Counted from the first letter of the stretch, positions 21,707-31,611 are shown. The stretch: 64,000 bases of DNA from Candidatus Latescibacterota bacterium (GCA_965248265.1 CBDFJF010000002.1:640001-704000), one strand, 5' to 3'. The notes: generated by a model from the sequence alone, not told the origin. Program-made: numbers and translations.

Positions 21707-22823
21707 CAGAGGTCCGCTGACGGAGTACCTCGTACAACACCAGACCGGCAGCAACTGACGCGTTGAGTGAGCCGACCTCGAGCCGACCCAGGGGAATGCT
21801 GACCCGGAAGTCGCATGCATCGCGGATTCCCGGGCGCAGCCCCTTGGCCTCACCTCCAATGACGATGCCCAGCGGGTCATTGTAGTCTACGGTCGTGAAT
21901 TCCGAGTCTCCCTGGGGTTCGAGCCCAGCGAGCCACAAGCCACGATCGCGCGCCGATCGCAGCGCGTGGCGGAGGTTGGTGACCCTGCAAACCGGCACGT
22001 GGTCCACGGAGCCGGCCGAGGCTTTCGTGACAGAGCCTGTGAGTGCGGCGCAACGCCGCCGCTCGATGACGACACCAGCCGCTTTCACCGCATGCGCCGT
22101 GCGGATGATGGCCCCCAAATTGTGTGGATCCTGAATGCCATCCAGGAACACGAGGAAAGCCGGATTGGTCTCATCTCCGCAGGCGGTCTCAAGAATCTCA
22201 CCGAAATCGGCGTAGGGTCTTGCGGCCAGTACGGCGATCACGCCCTGATGGTTGCCCCCATCGGCGAGCCGATCAAGGCGGATGCGTTCGCCGACGTCGA
22301 AGGGGATCGAGCTCTGGCGGGCCAACTGGAAGATCTCGTCGAGATCGGCGCCATGGGCTCCACTGGCAGCCACCAAGCGATTGATGGTGAGACCCGAGCG
22401 CAATGCGTGCAGGACGGGCTTGCGTCCGAACACCATCTCGTCGTCAGAATCTGGACGATCGCCATGAGTGGGCCTTCGAGTGTCCTTCCGGTCCGTACCA
22501 CCTGACCGATCGGAACTGGACTTGCGGGTGTTCTTTCGTTTGCTACGACCTCGCAGGTCGTCGGAGGTCTGTCCGCGAGTATCTTTACGGGTCGTACGAC
22601 CTCGCAGGTCGTCGGAGGTCTGTCCGCGAGTATCTTTACGGGTCGTACGACCTCGTAGGTCGTCGGAGGTCTGTCCGCGAGTATCTTTGCGGGTCGTACG
22701 ACCTCGCAGGTCGTCGGAGGAGTGTTTGCGAGTATCTTTGCGGTCCGTACGACCTCGCAGGTCGTCAGAGGAGTGCCTGCGAGTATCTTTGCGGTCCGTA
22801 CGACCTGACCTGGGTCTGGGCAC
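21699..22823 (-). CDS. rlmB: 23S rRNA (Gm2251) 2'-O-methyltransferase RlmB with repetitive N-terminal extension
   Basis: FGRKPV, NHQGV, LDGIQDPHNLGAIIRTA, GGEAKG, SLNASVAAG (SPOUT family). Confidence 0.92.
   Translation of the reverse strand: MPRPRSGRTDRKDTRRHSSDDLRGRTDRKDTRKHSSDDLRGRTTRKDTRGQTSDDLRGRTTRKDTRGQTSDDLRGRTTRKDTRGQTSDDLRGRSKRKNTRKSSSDRSGGTDRKDTRRPTHGDRPDSDDEMVFGRKPVLHALRSGLTINRLVAASGAHGADLDEIFQLARQSSIPFDVGERIRLDRLADGGNHQGVIAVLAARPYADFGEILETACGDETNPAFLVFLDGIQDPHNLGAIIRTAHAVKAAGVVIERRRCAALTGSVTKASAGSVDHVPVCRVTNLRHALRSARDRGLWLAGLEPQGDSEFTTVDYNDPLGIVIGGEAKGLRPGIRDACDFRVSIPLGRLEVGSLNASVAAGLVLYEVLRQRTSGG
22480..22805 (-). repeat. 51-nt coding tandem repeat (about 6 copies, 17-aa unit DDLRGRTTRKDTRGQTS)
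   Basis: TCGCAGGTCGTCGGAGG-like unit recurs at 22551, 22602, 22653, 22704, 22755; terminal copies degenerate. Confidence 0.95.
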
Positions 22824-23078
22824 GGGTTCCTGCTTCTATTAAAGGCCGCTGGATTCGCCCTGGGCAGCTCAGGGGCGGAAGGTTCTGAAGGCCAAGACGG
22901 ACATTGGTTCCCATGGTACGGCCCAGATGGGCCGTGTTACAATGGCGTTACTGATTGTAAATAAAAGGGTTATTGATATTTTCCGCCAGTGGATCATCTT
23001 TTGCTGAATGTCTGTGTGATCAGCGCAGTGACTATGAAGCCGCCTGTTACTCAATCACCTGTCAGCAGAGAGCACCAT

Positions 23079-23210
23079 ATGGATACGGTAATCACGATAG
23101 GCGAGCTGGTTATCGCCCTGGCCGCCTTCGGGGTCATCTCGAAGGCCGTCATAGGTCGTCTGGGGGAGTTGGGTATGTTTCAGAGGTCGGATCTCCAACA
23201 GCAGGGGTAG
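23079..23210 (+). CDS. Putative 43-aa small membrane protein
   Basis: MDTVITIGELVIALAAFGVISKAVIGRLGELGMFQRSDLQQQG; AGAGAG upstream; fills gap; AT-rich upstream region. Confidence 0.5.
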   Translation: MDTVITIGELVIALAAFGVISKAVIGRLGELGMFQRSDLQQQG

Positions 23211-23222
23211 GAAAAACCCGCG

Positions 23223-23696
23223 TCAGCGTTTGCGGTCTTCAGGACCTTTGAAGCCGTCGCCAAAATCGTAACCGGCCTTGCCCCAATCGATCTGACCCGG
23301 ATCGAGTCGTTGGCGCAGCTTCTCCAGGGTGTGCAGGATCGCCTGTTCCTGCTTGGCCAGCTCATCATCCGTGGCACCAGCGGATGCTTCTTGTGTTTTC
23401 TTCGGCGGTATCGACGGTTTTCGTGGGGCTGATCTGGCTCGTTCGGGACCCGCCTTTGCAGCTGTACCCCCGATTGGTTTGTCCTCGTAGAAGAACTCGG
23501 CGAACTCCAGCATTATGGCTGCCTTTTCCTCCGCCGAGACCTCACCAAGTCCATGTATAGCCGAGTTGAGCTGCTCGATCGTATCCAGATCGACGTCGGA
23601 GAGAATTTCGCGGGTTCTCTCTTCGCCAAGCGCGATCAAGAAGACGGCTACTTTTTCAAGGCGCGTGAACCGGTCCAGTGGATGATCAGGTGCCAA
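23223..23696 (-). CDS. Hypothetical protein with FliG N-terminal-like domain
   Basis: TRLEKVAVFLIALGEERTREILSDVDLDTIEQL...LGEVSAEEKAAIMLEF resembles FliG_N; no FliG middle or C-terminal domain. Confidence 0.7.
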   Translation of the reverse strand: MAPDHPLDRFTRLEKVAVFLIALGEERTREILSDVDLDTIEQLNSAIHGLGEVSAEEKAAIMLEFAEFFYEDKPIGGTAAKAGPERARSAPRKPSIPPKKTQEASAGATDDELAKQEQAILHTLEKLRQRLDPGQIDWGKAGYDFGDGFKGPEDRKR

Positions 23697-23710
23697 GTCG
23701 CTCTCCCGTT

Positions 23711-26374
23711 TCAGGCCTTTTCAGCCGCGTCCGGATCGTCATTCTTCGTCTCCCCCAACACATCCCGCCATCGAGCGAGGTGTTCGAGAGCTTCGAGTGG
23801 GGTCGTCTGGTCTGGATCGAGATCTCGAAGTTGGTTCAAGACGCGTATCGCCGCAGACCCTGCGACGCCGCCAAACAGGTCCATCTGATCAGCGCCTGTA
23901 TCTACAATGGGCACCGACTCCGGTGCGGTCGTGATCTGCTCCGCCTCCAGGCGCGACAAGATCTGCTTGGCCCGGGCCAGGACCGACTCCGGCATACCCG
24001 CCATCTCCGCGACGTTGATTCCGTAGCTGCGGTCGCATGGCCCTTCCGCGAGCCGATGCAGGAAGACGACTCGTTCCTCCTCTTCGTGAACGGCCACATT
24101 AAAATTGCGCAAGCGGGGAAGAGTCCTCTGCAGCTGCGTCAGTTCGTGATAGTGGGTGGCAAAGAGCGTCCGCGGACGGGCGCCATCGGCGTCGTGTCCG
24201 TGCAGGTGTTCGAGCACGGCCCAGGCAATGCTGAGGCCGTCGAACGTGCTGGTGCCACGCCCCAACTCGTCGAGCAGGATGAGGCTCTTCGAGGTCACAT
24301 TGTTCAGGATATTCGAGGCTTCACTCATCTCGACCATGAAGGTACTCTCGCCTCGGATGAGATTGTCCGAGGCACCGACCCGAGTAAAGATGCGATCGAC
24401 CACCCCGATACGAGCGCTGCGCGCCGGCACGAAACTGCCTACTTGAGCCAGTAGTACGATCAGGCCAACCTGACGAATCGCCGTGCTCTTGCCCGCCATG
24501 TTCGGGCCGGTGATCAACAGGATCTGCGCCTCGTCGCTGTCCAGATGGACATCGTTGGGAACGAAGCGGCCGGTCGGTAACTGGCGTTCGACCACAGGAT
24601 GTCGCCCCCCTTCGATCGCGATCACACATGAGTCATCAATGTCCGGACGGGTATATCCTTCAGCCTCCGATACCTCGGCGAAGGTTCCGACAACATCGAT
24701 TTGGGCCAGCGATCGGGCGCACTGCTGTACCGGATTCGACCATTCGGCCAGGCGCTCGCGCAACTCGAAAAACAAGCTGGACTCGATCTCCGCAATCTGC
24801 TCCTGGGCGCTGAGCACACGCACCTCGTATTCCTTCAACTCCGGTGTGATGAAGCGTTCCGCGTTGGCGAGTGTCTGTTTGCGGGTATACCCCTCGGGGA
24901 CTCGGTCCAGATTGGTTTTGCTGATTTCAATGTAGTAGCCGAAGACCTGGTTGAAGCCGACCTTGAGGGAGGCAACCCCGGTTCGCTGGCGCTCGGACGC
25001 CTGTAACTCGGCGATCCAATTGCGGCCGCCGGCAGCGATTTCTCGCAGGGAATCGAGTTCTTGGTGGTAGCCCTCGCGGAACAGGCCGCCATCCGAAACG
25101 CTGGCCGGCGGATCGGCGACGAGCGCCGCGCCGACGGTGTCGACCAGGCCGGCGGTAGATGGCATTTCTTCATGCGTGAGCAGCGTCAGCAGCGGATCAC
25201 TCAAGGTTTCCAGCCGGGCGCACAAGGCTGGTACAAGCGCCAGCGACCGAGCCAGTCCGACCAGATCTCGGGCGTTGGCCCGCCGACAGCAGATCCGGGC
25301 CATGATGCGCTCGAGGTCGTCTACGGCGGACAACGTCTCACGCACGGTGCTCCGTGCGTCTCGATCGTTCACCAGTGCCGACACGGCATCGAGACGACGG
25401 CAAATAGCCTCCGGGCTGCTCAAGGGAGCCGTAACCCACTGTCGCAGAAGGCGCGCACCCATTGGCGAGCAGGTACAGTCCAACACCTCCAGAAGGGAAC
25501 CGGTCTCGCTGCCGTCGTGCTGGTTGGCGACCAAATCGAGGTTGCGTTGTGCGGTTGCATCGAGGAACAGGTGGTCGCCCCGTCTTCTGCGACGCAGCCG
25601 GTTAATGTGCTCTACCGCGCCACGCTGGTTCTGGCGCAGGTACTCCAGTGCCGCGCCACCAGCGCGCACCCCCAGATCCAGGTCTTCACAGTCAAAGCCC
25701 TTGAGCGAGTGCACGTGAAACTGTTCAGTCAGTATTTCGTAGGCGTGTTCGAAATCGAACTGCCACTGTTCAAGCCGGCTGATGGCAACGCCTGGCAGGG
25801 TATGTTGGATGCCATCGGGCCAGTCCTCCGGCATGGTATCGCTCAGGATCAGCTCGGATGGGGTCAGGCGCGTGAGTTCGTCGCTCAGCTCCGTGAGCGG
25901 AATCTCGTCGAGGCAGAAATCACCCGTCGACACGTCGACGACGGCTACGCCCACGTGATCTCCGTTGGGACACAGGCAGGCGGCGTAGTTGTTGCGCTCG
26001 CCGTCGAGGATGCTATCCGCCAGTGCCGTCCCCGGCGACACCACCTCGACCACGTCTCTCTTAACCACGCCCTTGGCCTTCTTCGGGTCCTCCACCTGTT
26101 CGCAAATGGCGACCTTACGGCCCATGCGAATGAGCTTCGCCAGGTAGGATTCGGCAGCGTGGTGTGGCACGCCAGCCAGCGGAACCTCGCCCGAAGACTT
26201 GCCGTGGTTGCGCGACGTCAGCGTCAGGCCCAACAATCTGGACACCTCCCGCGCATCATCGTGGAACATCTCGTAGAAATCACCCATGCGGAAAAACAGA
26301 ATGGCATCCGGATGCTGCCGCTTGAAGCGTGAGTACTGCTCCATCGCTGGTGTCAGCTTCTTCGGGGATGGCAT
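23711..26374 (-). CDS. mutS: DNA mismatch repair protein MutS
   Basis: FRMGDFYEMF, TGPNMAGKST, STFMVEM, DELGRGTSTFDG, FATHYHEL, SYGI. Confidence 0.98.
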   Translation of the reverse strand: MPSPKKLTPAMEQYSRFKRQHPDAILFFRMGDFYEMFHDDAREVSRLLGLTLTSRNHGKSSGEVPLAGVPHHAAESYLAKLIRMGRKVAICEQVEDPKKAKGVVKRDVVEVVSPGTALADSILDGERNNYAACLCPNGDHVGVAVVDVSTGDFCLDEIPLTELSDELTRLTPSELILSDTMPEDWPDGIQHTLPGVAISRLEQWQFDFEHAYEILTEQFHVHSLKGFDCEDLDLGVRAGGAALEYLRQNQRGAVEHINRLRRRRRGDHLFLDATAQRNLDLVANQHDGSETGSLLEVLDCTCSPMGARLLRQWVTAPLSSPEAICRRLDAVSALVNDRDARSTVRETLSAVDDLERIMARICCRRANARDLVGLARSLALVPALCARLETLSDPLLTLLTHEEMPSTAGLVDTVGAALVADPPASVSDGGLFREGYHQELDSLREIAAGGRNWIAELQASERQRTGVASLKVGFNQVFGYYIEISKTNLDRVPEGYTRKQTLANAERFITPELKEYEVRVLSAQEQIAEIESSLFFELRERLAEWSNPVQQCARSLAQIDVVGTFAEVSEAEGYTRPDIDDSCVIAIEGGRHPVVERQLPTGRFVPNDVHLDSDEAQILLITGPNMAGKSTAIRQVGLIVLLAQVGSFVPARSARIGVVDRIFTRVGASDNLIRGESTFMVEMSEASNILNNVTSKSLILLDELGRGTSTFDGLSIAWAVLEHLHGHDADGARPRTLFATHYHELTQLQRTLPRLRNFNVAVHEEEERVVFLHRLAEGPCDRSYGINVAEMAGMPESVLARAKQILSRLEAEQITTAPESVPIVDTGADQMDLFGGVAGSAAIRVLNQLRDLDPDQTTPLEALEHLARWRDVLGETKNDDPDAAEKA

Positions 26375-26416
26375 AGGCGTTGTTGGCGGTGGGACGAAAC
26401 CAAGATCCGGCTCGAG

Positions 26417-26453
26417 AAAAAAATAACCCCTTTGTCAGGCCCGACAAAGGGGT
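26417..26453 (-). terminator. Intrinsic terminator after rpsA
   Basis: 11-bp stem ACCCCTTTGTC/GACAAAGGGGT with T-tract on minus strand. Confidence 0.8.
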
Positions 26454-26519
26454 GTCCTTCTGGTGTAATATTTGAACAAACCGGCGGGTGCGCGATGCGC
26501 CCCGCCGGCCTATGCCTGT

Positions 26520-28487
26520 CTATTCTTTCTCTTCCTCGTCTTCCACTTCATCAGGGGCCGCCTCTTCGGCGACTTCGTCGGCCTCAACTGGAGCTTCCTC
26601 AATCGGGGCATCCGTTTCAGCCTCTACCTCAGCGGCTTCTTCCGCCACCGCAGCGGCAGGCGCATCGGATTCGTCAGCGCCCCAGCTCTCCATCTCCTCA
26701 TCCTGGTCGGCGACGACTTCACCAATCGTCACTGGACGGACAGGATGGAGCTCGAGGTATTCGTCGACCTCCGCCTGATCGCGGCCCTTGAGGTACTCGA
26801 GTACGCTGAGCACGATCTTCTTCTGATCCTGATCGAACTCGATCACCTTGAGCGGCAACTCCTGATCGATCTCGAAACTCTGGCGCGGCGACTGCAGGTT
26901 GTCGATGCCCAGTTGAGACAGCGGAACGAAGCCGTCGACACCTTCCAGCGAAATGACGAGTCCACGCTCGAGAAGGCGGGACACCGTGCCCTGAGTCTCG
27001 GTTCCGACCGCGTACATCTCGGCCAGTTTGGGCCACGGATTCTCGAACGAAAGCTTGTGGCTCAAAGAAATGCGCCGGCGTTTCTTATCCACGTCAGTGA
27101 CCACGACTGGAATCACGTCTCCCTTCTTGAACACGTCGCTGGCCTGGCGGATGCGCCGGGTCCACGACATGTCCGAGATGTGGACGAGTCCGTCGATACC
27201 GTCTTCGATTTCCACGAAGGCGCCAAAGTTGGTCAGACTCTTGATCTTGCCCTCGAGCTCCCTGCCTCTGGGATAGTTCTCGTCGAGGGTTTCCCAGGGA
27301 TCGGGATCCGTCTGCTTCATTCCCAGGGAGATTTTCTTGCTCTCTTTGTCGAGTTTGAGAACCACGATTTCGACGGTATCGCCAATCGAGACCAGTTTGG
27401 ACGGGTGCCTGATGTGTTGTGTCCAGGACATCTCTGAGATGTGCACCAGACCCTCGATGCCCTCCTCGAGCTCGACGAAGGCACCGTAGTCGGTGATACT
27501 GACGACGCGCCCCTGGGTCTGAGTAGTCTCCGGATACTTTTCGTCGATCTTCTCCCATGGATGCGGAGTCAACTGGCGCAAGCCGAGCGAGATTCGTTCC
27601 CGCTCGCGTTCGTACTTGAGGACCTTCACCTTGATGCGGTCGCCGATGGACACCATCTCCGATGGGTGGCTGACCCGTCCCCAGGACATATCCGTTATGT
27701 GCAGGAGTCCATCCACGCCGCCCAGGTCGATGAACGCACCGAAGTCGGTGATGTTCTTGACGACGCCCTCGCGAACCTGTCCTTCTTCAAGCTCCTTGAT
27801 GATACCCTGGCGCAGTCGTTCGCGTTCCTCTTCGAGGACCGCTCGGCGTGAAACGACGATGTTGCGCCTTGCCTTGTTCAGCTTGATGATCTTGAATTCG
27901 AACGCCTGGCCGAGAAACTGATCGAAGTTCTTGACCTGGCGGATGTCGATCTGGGAACCGGGGAGGAAGGCTTCAACGCCGAGCAGATCGACGACGATGC
28001 CGCCCTTGATACGACGGGTGAGCCGGCCATTCACCGTGGAACCGCCGTCGTGGGCCTCCTTGATGCTGTCCCAAACGCGCATGAAGTCGGCTTTTTGTTT
28101 GGAGAGGACGACCCGGCCCTCCAGGTCTTCGACGTTCTCCAGAAAAACTTCGACTTCGGCACCAATCTCGATCGATTCCGGGGCGTCGCCGAACTCCTTT
28201 AGCGGAATGGCTCCTTCAGACTTGAAGCCGATATCGACGAGGACTTCTCCTGGCGTCGTACCGACGACGCGGCCTTTGACGATTTCGCCCTCCTTGATGC
28301 CGGAAAAGCTGTCATCGTACATGGCCATCAGATCATCGAACTGCTCCTGTGAGTACTCAGGAGTGTCGAGATCCTCTATGCTGATATCCCCGTACACCGG
28401 CTTTTCGTCCACGAGTGTGGCTGTCGGCGAGGAGTCCTCAGGAGTTTCCACCTGCGGGACCTCAGCTTCGGGTGATTGCTCTGTCAT
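26520..28487 (-). CDS. rpsA: 30S ribosomal protein S1
   Basis: DIGFKSEG, AFLPGSQID, repeated FGAF..L..G..GL.HIS.MSW S1 domains; acidic C-terminal tail. Confidence 0.98.
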   Translation of the reverse strand: MTEQSPEAEVPQVETPEDSSPTATLVDEKPVYGDISIEDLDTPEYSQEQFDDLMAMYDDSFSGIKEGEIVKGRVVGTTPGEVLVDIGFKSEGAIPLKEFGDAPESIEIGAEVEVFLENVEDLEGRVVLSKQKADFMRVWDSIKEAHDGGSTVNGRLTRRIKGGIVVDLLGVEAFLPGSQIDIRQVKNFDQFLGQAFEFKIIKLNKARRNIVVSRRAVLEEERERLRQGIIKELEEGQVREGVVKNITDFGAFIDLGGVDGLLHITDMSWGRVSHPSEMVSIGDRIKVKVLKYERERERISLGLRQLTPHPWEKIDEKYPETTQTQGRVVSITDYGAFVELEEGIEGLVHISEMSWTQHIRHPSKLVSIGDTVEIVVLKLDKESKKISLGMKQTDPDPWETLDENYPRGRELEGKIKSLTNFGAFVEIEDGIDGLVHISDMSWTRRIRQASDVFKKGDVIPVVVTDVDKKRRRISLSHKLSFENPWPKLAEMYAVGTETQGTVSRLLERGLVISLEGVDGFVPLSQLGIDNLQSPRQSFEIDQELPLKVIEFDQDQKKIVLSVLEYLKGRDQAEVDEYLELHPVRPVTIGEVVADQDEEMESWGADESDAPAAAVAEEAAEVEAETDAPIEEAPVEADEVAEEAAPDEVEDEEEKE

Positions 28488-28561
28488 CTGACCGTCCTTG
28501 TGGGTTAGATAACTAAAAATCTGCTACAAGTCCCAATCTGGCAACAGCTTGGCCAAAAAAA

Positions 28562-29251
28562 TCACCCACCCCGTTTTCTGGCCAGGGCGACCACGCGCTC
28601 GATCTGGCCCTCAAGCGTCAACCCGGTCGTGTCCAGCACCACCACTTCACGGCCATCGATCTCGCCCCCATAGTCGCGTTCCTGGTCCTGCCGGTCGCGC
28701 TCCTCGATGTCAGCCCGGACCCCCGATGGGGTTACATCCGCACCCTTGGCCACCAGTTCAGCGTGCCGTCGCCGGGTGCGTTCCTCGAGGTCGGCTGTCA
28801 TGTAGATCTTGAGGTCCGCATCCGGAAAGATCACCGCGCCGACATCCCGTCCATCCGCCACGACGCCACCAGCAGCGCCCAACTGGCGTTGACGCTGCAC
28901 CAGGGCCTTCCGCACGAGCGCAACGTCGGCGTAGTCACCGACGCGACGTGATACGGCGGGGTCACGAATGCGCTCGGTGACGTCCTCGCCATCGAGATAA
29001 ACCCGGCAGACACCACACTCCAATTCCAGCCTGAGCGCCAATTCATCCAACAACTGCGCCAGCGCTTCACTCTGATTGGGCTGGATGTCCCGTCTGGTCG
29101 CTGCCAGAGCAAAAGCCCGGTACATCGACCCCGTGTCGAGATGGCGATAGCCGAGGGTTCGGGCGGCGCCCCGGGCGGTCGCGGACTTGCCGGCTCCGAC
29201 GACTCCGTCGATGGCGATAACGAGCTTTCTCGACCCCGGATTCAACGCCAT
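28562..29251 (-). CDS. cmk: Cytidylate kinase
   Basis: IAIDG..GAGKS, LDTGSMYRA, DGRDVG..IFPDA, RD..D; upstream of rpsA. Confidence 0.95.
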   Translation of the reverse strand: MALNPGSRKLVIAIDGVVGAGKSATARGAARTLGYRHLDTGSMYRAFALAATRRDIQPNQSEALAQLLDELALRLELECGVCRVYLDGEDVTERIRDPAVSRRVGDYADVALVRKALVQRQRQLGAAGGVVADGRDVGAVIFPDADLKIYMTADLEERTRRRHAELVAKGADVTPSGVRADIEERDRQDQERDYGGEIDGREVVVLDTTGLTLEGQIERVVALARKRGG

Positions 29252-29254
29252 CCT

Positions 29255-30007
29255 TTACCTGCTCAGCTTCGCCAGTGCCAGCAAACCGGCTATCTCTGAC
29301 GCCTTCAATCGCCTGCTTTCTCCGAGCCGAAGCCGGTCACTGGTGAGTCCCGCAAACTCGATGCGGTGCAGTGACTTGACAGGATGACCGACAGCCTGGC
29401 ACATGCGCTTTACCTGGCGCTTACGGCCTTCCCGAATACGGATTTGCAGAACCGGGCGAGTATCAACTTCCGCGGACGACAACAGCTGGGCCTCTGCGGG
29501 AGCTGTCATTCCGTCTTCCAATTCGACTCCCCGGCGCAGGCGGCGCAGCGAGGCCTGGGAGGGAAAACCTTTGACATCGGCTTCGTAGACCTTGGCGATG
29601 CCATAACGCGGGTGCATGAGCCGGTAGGCCAACTCTCCATCATCCGTCAATAGCAGCACCCCGGTGGTATCGCGATCCAGCCGACCCACTGCAACGGTCC
29701 CCGGACGAAGGTTGGGCGTATGCTCGAAGATGTTGGCGCGACCGCGCTCGTCGGAGCGGGTTACCAATAGTCCAGTGGGTTTGTTCAGCAGAACGTATTG
29801 GAAGGATTCGGGGAGATGAGTCGCACGGCCGCGGACTTCGATCAGGTCGTTGTGGGGATCTACGACGACGCCGGGAGTATCGACGGTCTCGCCGTTGACG
29901 CGGACGACACCGGAGGCGATGAGGTCATCGCTCTTGCGTCGCGAGGCAATTCCGGCCCGAGCCAGGAATCGATTGAGCCTGATTTTCTCTGAGGCCTCGG
30001 ACGGCAA
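29255..30007 (-). CDS. rluB: RluB/RsuA family pseudouridine synthase
   Basis: S4 domain (RLNRFLARAGIASRR), LLNKP, VGRLDRDTTGVLLLTDDG, EGRKRQVKRM; follows scpB. Confidence 0.88.
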   Translation of the reverse strand: MPSEASEKIRLNRFLARAGIASRRKSDDLIASGVVRVNGETVDTPGVVVDPHNDLIEVRGRATHLPESFQYVLLNKPTGLLVTRSDERGRANIFEHTPNLRPGTVAVGRLDRDTTGVLLLTDDGELAYRLMHPRYGIAKVYEADVKGFPSQASLRRLRRGVELEDGMTAPAEAQLLSSAEVDTRPVLQIRIREGRKRQVKRMCQAVGHPVKSLHRIEFAGLTSDRLRLGESRRLKASEIAGLLALAKLSR

Positions 30008-30026
30008 GAGTGCACCCCCTCAAGTC

Positions 30027-30752
30027 TCAGGCGGAGGGACCGGTTACTTCGTCCTCTTCCGTGCCGGTGCTCGCACTCAGTTCGTCAGCCTTCTCGGAAT
30101 CCTCCGCCTCCGGCCCGTCATCGGCTTGCGGCACGTCGCCATCGGCTTGCGGCACGTCGTCCGGCACAACAGCATCCCCTGCCGACAGATCAAGCGCTTT
30201 TTGCTGGCCCTCCGCGAGCAACTCTTCAAGCTCCCTCGGCTTGGGCAAGTCGGCCAGGCTCTTGAGTCCGAAGTGGGTCATGAATTCCTTAGTCGTGCCG
30301 AACAGCATTGGTCTGCCCAACCCTTCGGAGCGCCCGACGATTCGAATAAGATTGAGCTCCAATAAATGGCGCACAACGCCAGCCGAATCCACACCGCGGA
30401 TGCTGTCAATCTCAACGCGGGTCACGGGTTGTTTGAAGGCGATGACGGCCAACGTTTCAAGGGCGGCTTGTGACAGTCGGACCTGGCCGCGGTCGTGCAG
30501 TTTTCGCACCCAGGGTCCGAATTCTTTTCGCGTGGCCAGCTGATAACCGCCAGCCACCTCGCGAATGGTCATCGCGTGCCCACCGCGATCATAGCGATCG
30601 TTGAGGTCATCGATCGCCTGTCGAATGTCCTTGCCGTTTAGCCCTTTGAGAACTCCCAACAAGCGACCTGGAGAAACCGGCTCTTCTGCCGTTACCAGAA
30701 TAGCCTCCACGATACTGCGGACTTCGTCCGGGTTACGATCCGCTGGTTTCAT
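30027..30752 (-). CDS. scpB: SMC-Scp complex subunit ScpB
   Basis: VEAIL, VAGGYQL, LSQAALETLAVIAFKQPVTR, RGV, GRP..FGTT..F...FGL; start at ATG 30752. Confidence 0.95.
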   Translation of the reverse strand: MKPADRNPDEVRSIVEAILVTAEEPVSPGRLLGVLKGLNGKDIRQAIDDLNDRYDRGGHAMTIREVAGGYQLATRKEFGPWVRKLHDRGQVRLSQAALETLAVIAFKQPVTRVEIDSIRGVDSAGVVRHLLELNLIRIVGRSEGLGRPMLFGTTKEFMTHFGLKSLADLPKPRELEELLAEGQQKALDLSAGDAVVPDDVPQADGDVPQADDGPEAEDSEKADELSASTGTEEDEVTGPSA

Positions 30753-31611
30753 GACCACCGTTCGTGCTGGGTAGGATCGAGGCATTGTCTGTTGGGCGGC
30801 GGTCCGCATCCGCCACCTTCTCGATCCAGATGTCGTCAAATGGCCGTGCCTGCTGCACCTTGATACGCTGCGATTTGAGTAGCTCGAGGATGCTGATGAA
30901 GGTAGCCACCACAACCTGCTTACTCCCACCTTCCACCAGCTCGAAGAATCTGAGCCGGCTACGGCGTTCGAGTTCGCCCAGTACCCGGTCGATGCATTCT
31001 TCGATCGAAACCTGTTCCTCGACGATGCGATGGACAAGGGAAGAGGGCACGTGGTCGATGACATGCTTGTAGACCTTCAGCAAGTCAAATAGTGATACCG
31101 GCCTGACACCCCTTGAGTCCTCGTCCGCTACCTGGCCGCTTCGAGGATAGACGTCGCGGTACTCCAATCCCTGTTCGGAGAGCCAATCGGCAACCTCCTT
31201 GAACTGCTGGTACTCGAGAAGGCGGCGGACGAGCTCTTCCCTCGGATCCTCGCCTCCTTCTTCTTCGCCTGGCTGAATCTGTCTGGGCAACAGCATCTGC
31301 GACTTGATCTTCATCAACGTCGCTGCCAACAGGATGAAGTCGGCGGCCTGCTCCAGGTCCCGCAACTGTCCCTGACCGAGAAACGAGAGGTACTGCGCCG
31401 TGATCGTGGCGATGGGGATGTCGTAGATGTCTACTTCATTCTTGCGGATGAGATAGAGCAGCAGGTCGAGCGGACCTTCAAAGACGTCGAGTTTGACGCC
31501 GTGTGTGATCGGTATCGGCGCGTCGGTGTTCTGCCCGTCGCTCTGGCTGTCTGTTCCGATCTCTGAATTCACGCGGTTGGCAAGGGTGAGGGAAGGGATG
31601 AACAGGGTCAA
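30733..31611 (-). CDS. scpA: Segregation/condensation protein ScpA
   Basis: FEGPLDLLLYLI, IYDIPIA.IT.QYL, IKSQMLLP, DPREELVRRLLEY; exact start uncertain. Confidence 0.94.
   Translation of the reverse strand: MTLFIPSLTLANRVNSEIGTDSQSDGQNTDAPIPITHGVKLDVFEGPLDLLLYLIRKNEVDIYDIPIATITAQYLSFLGQGQLRDLEQAADFILLAATLMKIKSQMLLPRQIQPGEEEGGEDPREELVRRLLEYQQFKEVADWLSEQGLEYRDVYPRSGQVADEDSRGVRPVSLFDLLKVYKHVIDHVPSSLVHRIVEEQVSIEECIDRVLGELERRSRLRFFELVEGGSKQVVVATFISILELLKSQRIKVQQARPFDDIWIEKVADADRRPTDNASILPSTNGGHETSGS

Noticed and set aside
21707-21880. ORF-track extended starts (lptD here; likewise DUF58, scpB, pgsA, rpmI)
   Set aside because: Extensions overlap upstream genes or promoters and lack family similarity
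22480-22805. Possible CRISPR array
   Set aside because: Head-to-tail 51-nt units with no unique spacers, in frame with rlmB, no cas genes
25061-27437. Long plus-strand ORFs 25061..26332 and 26472..27437
   Set aside because: Antisense to mutS and rpsA; no recognisable motifs
30115-30165. 21-nt duplication in scpB tail (DVPQADG)
   Set aside because: Two copies in a disordered acidic tail; ordinary slippage
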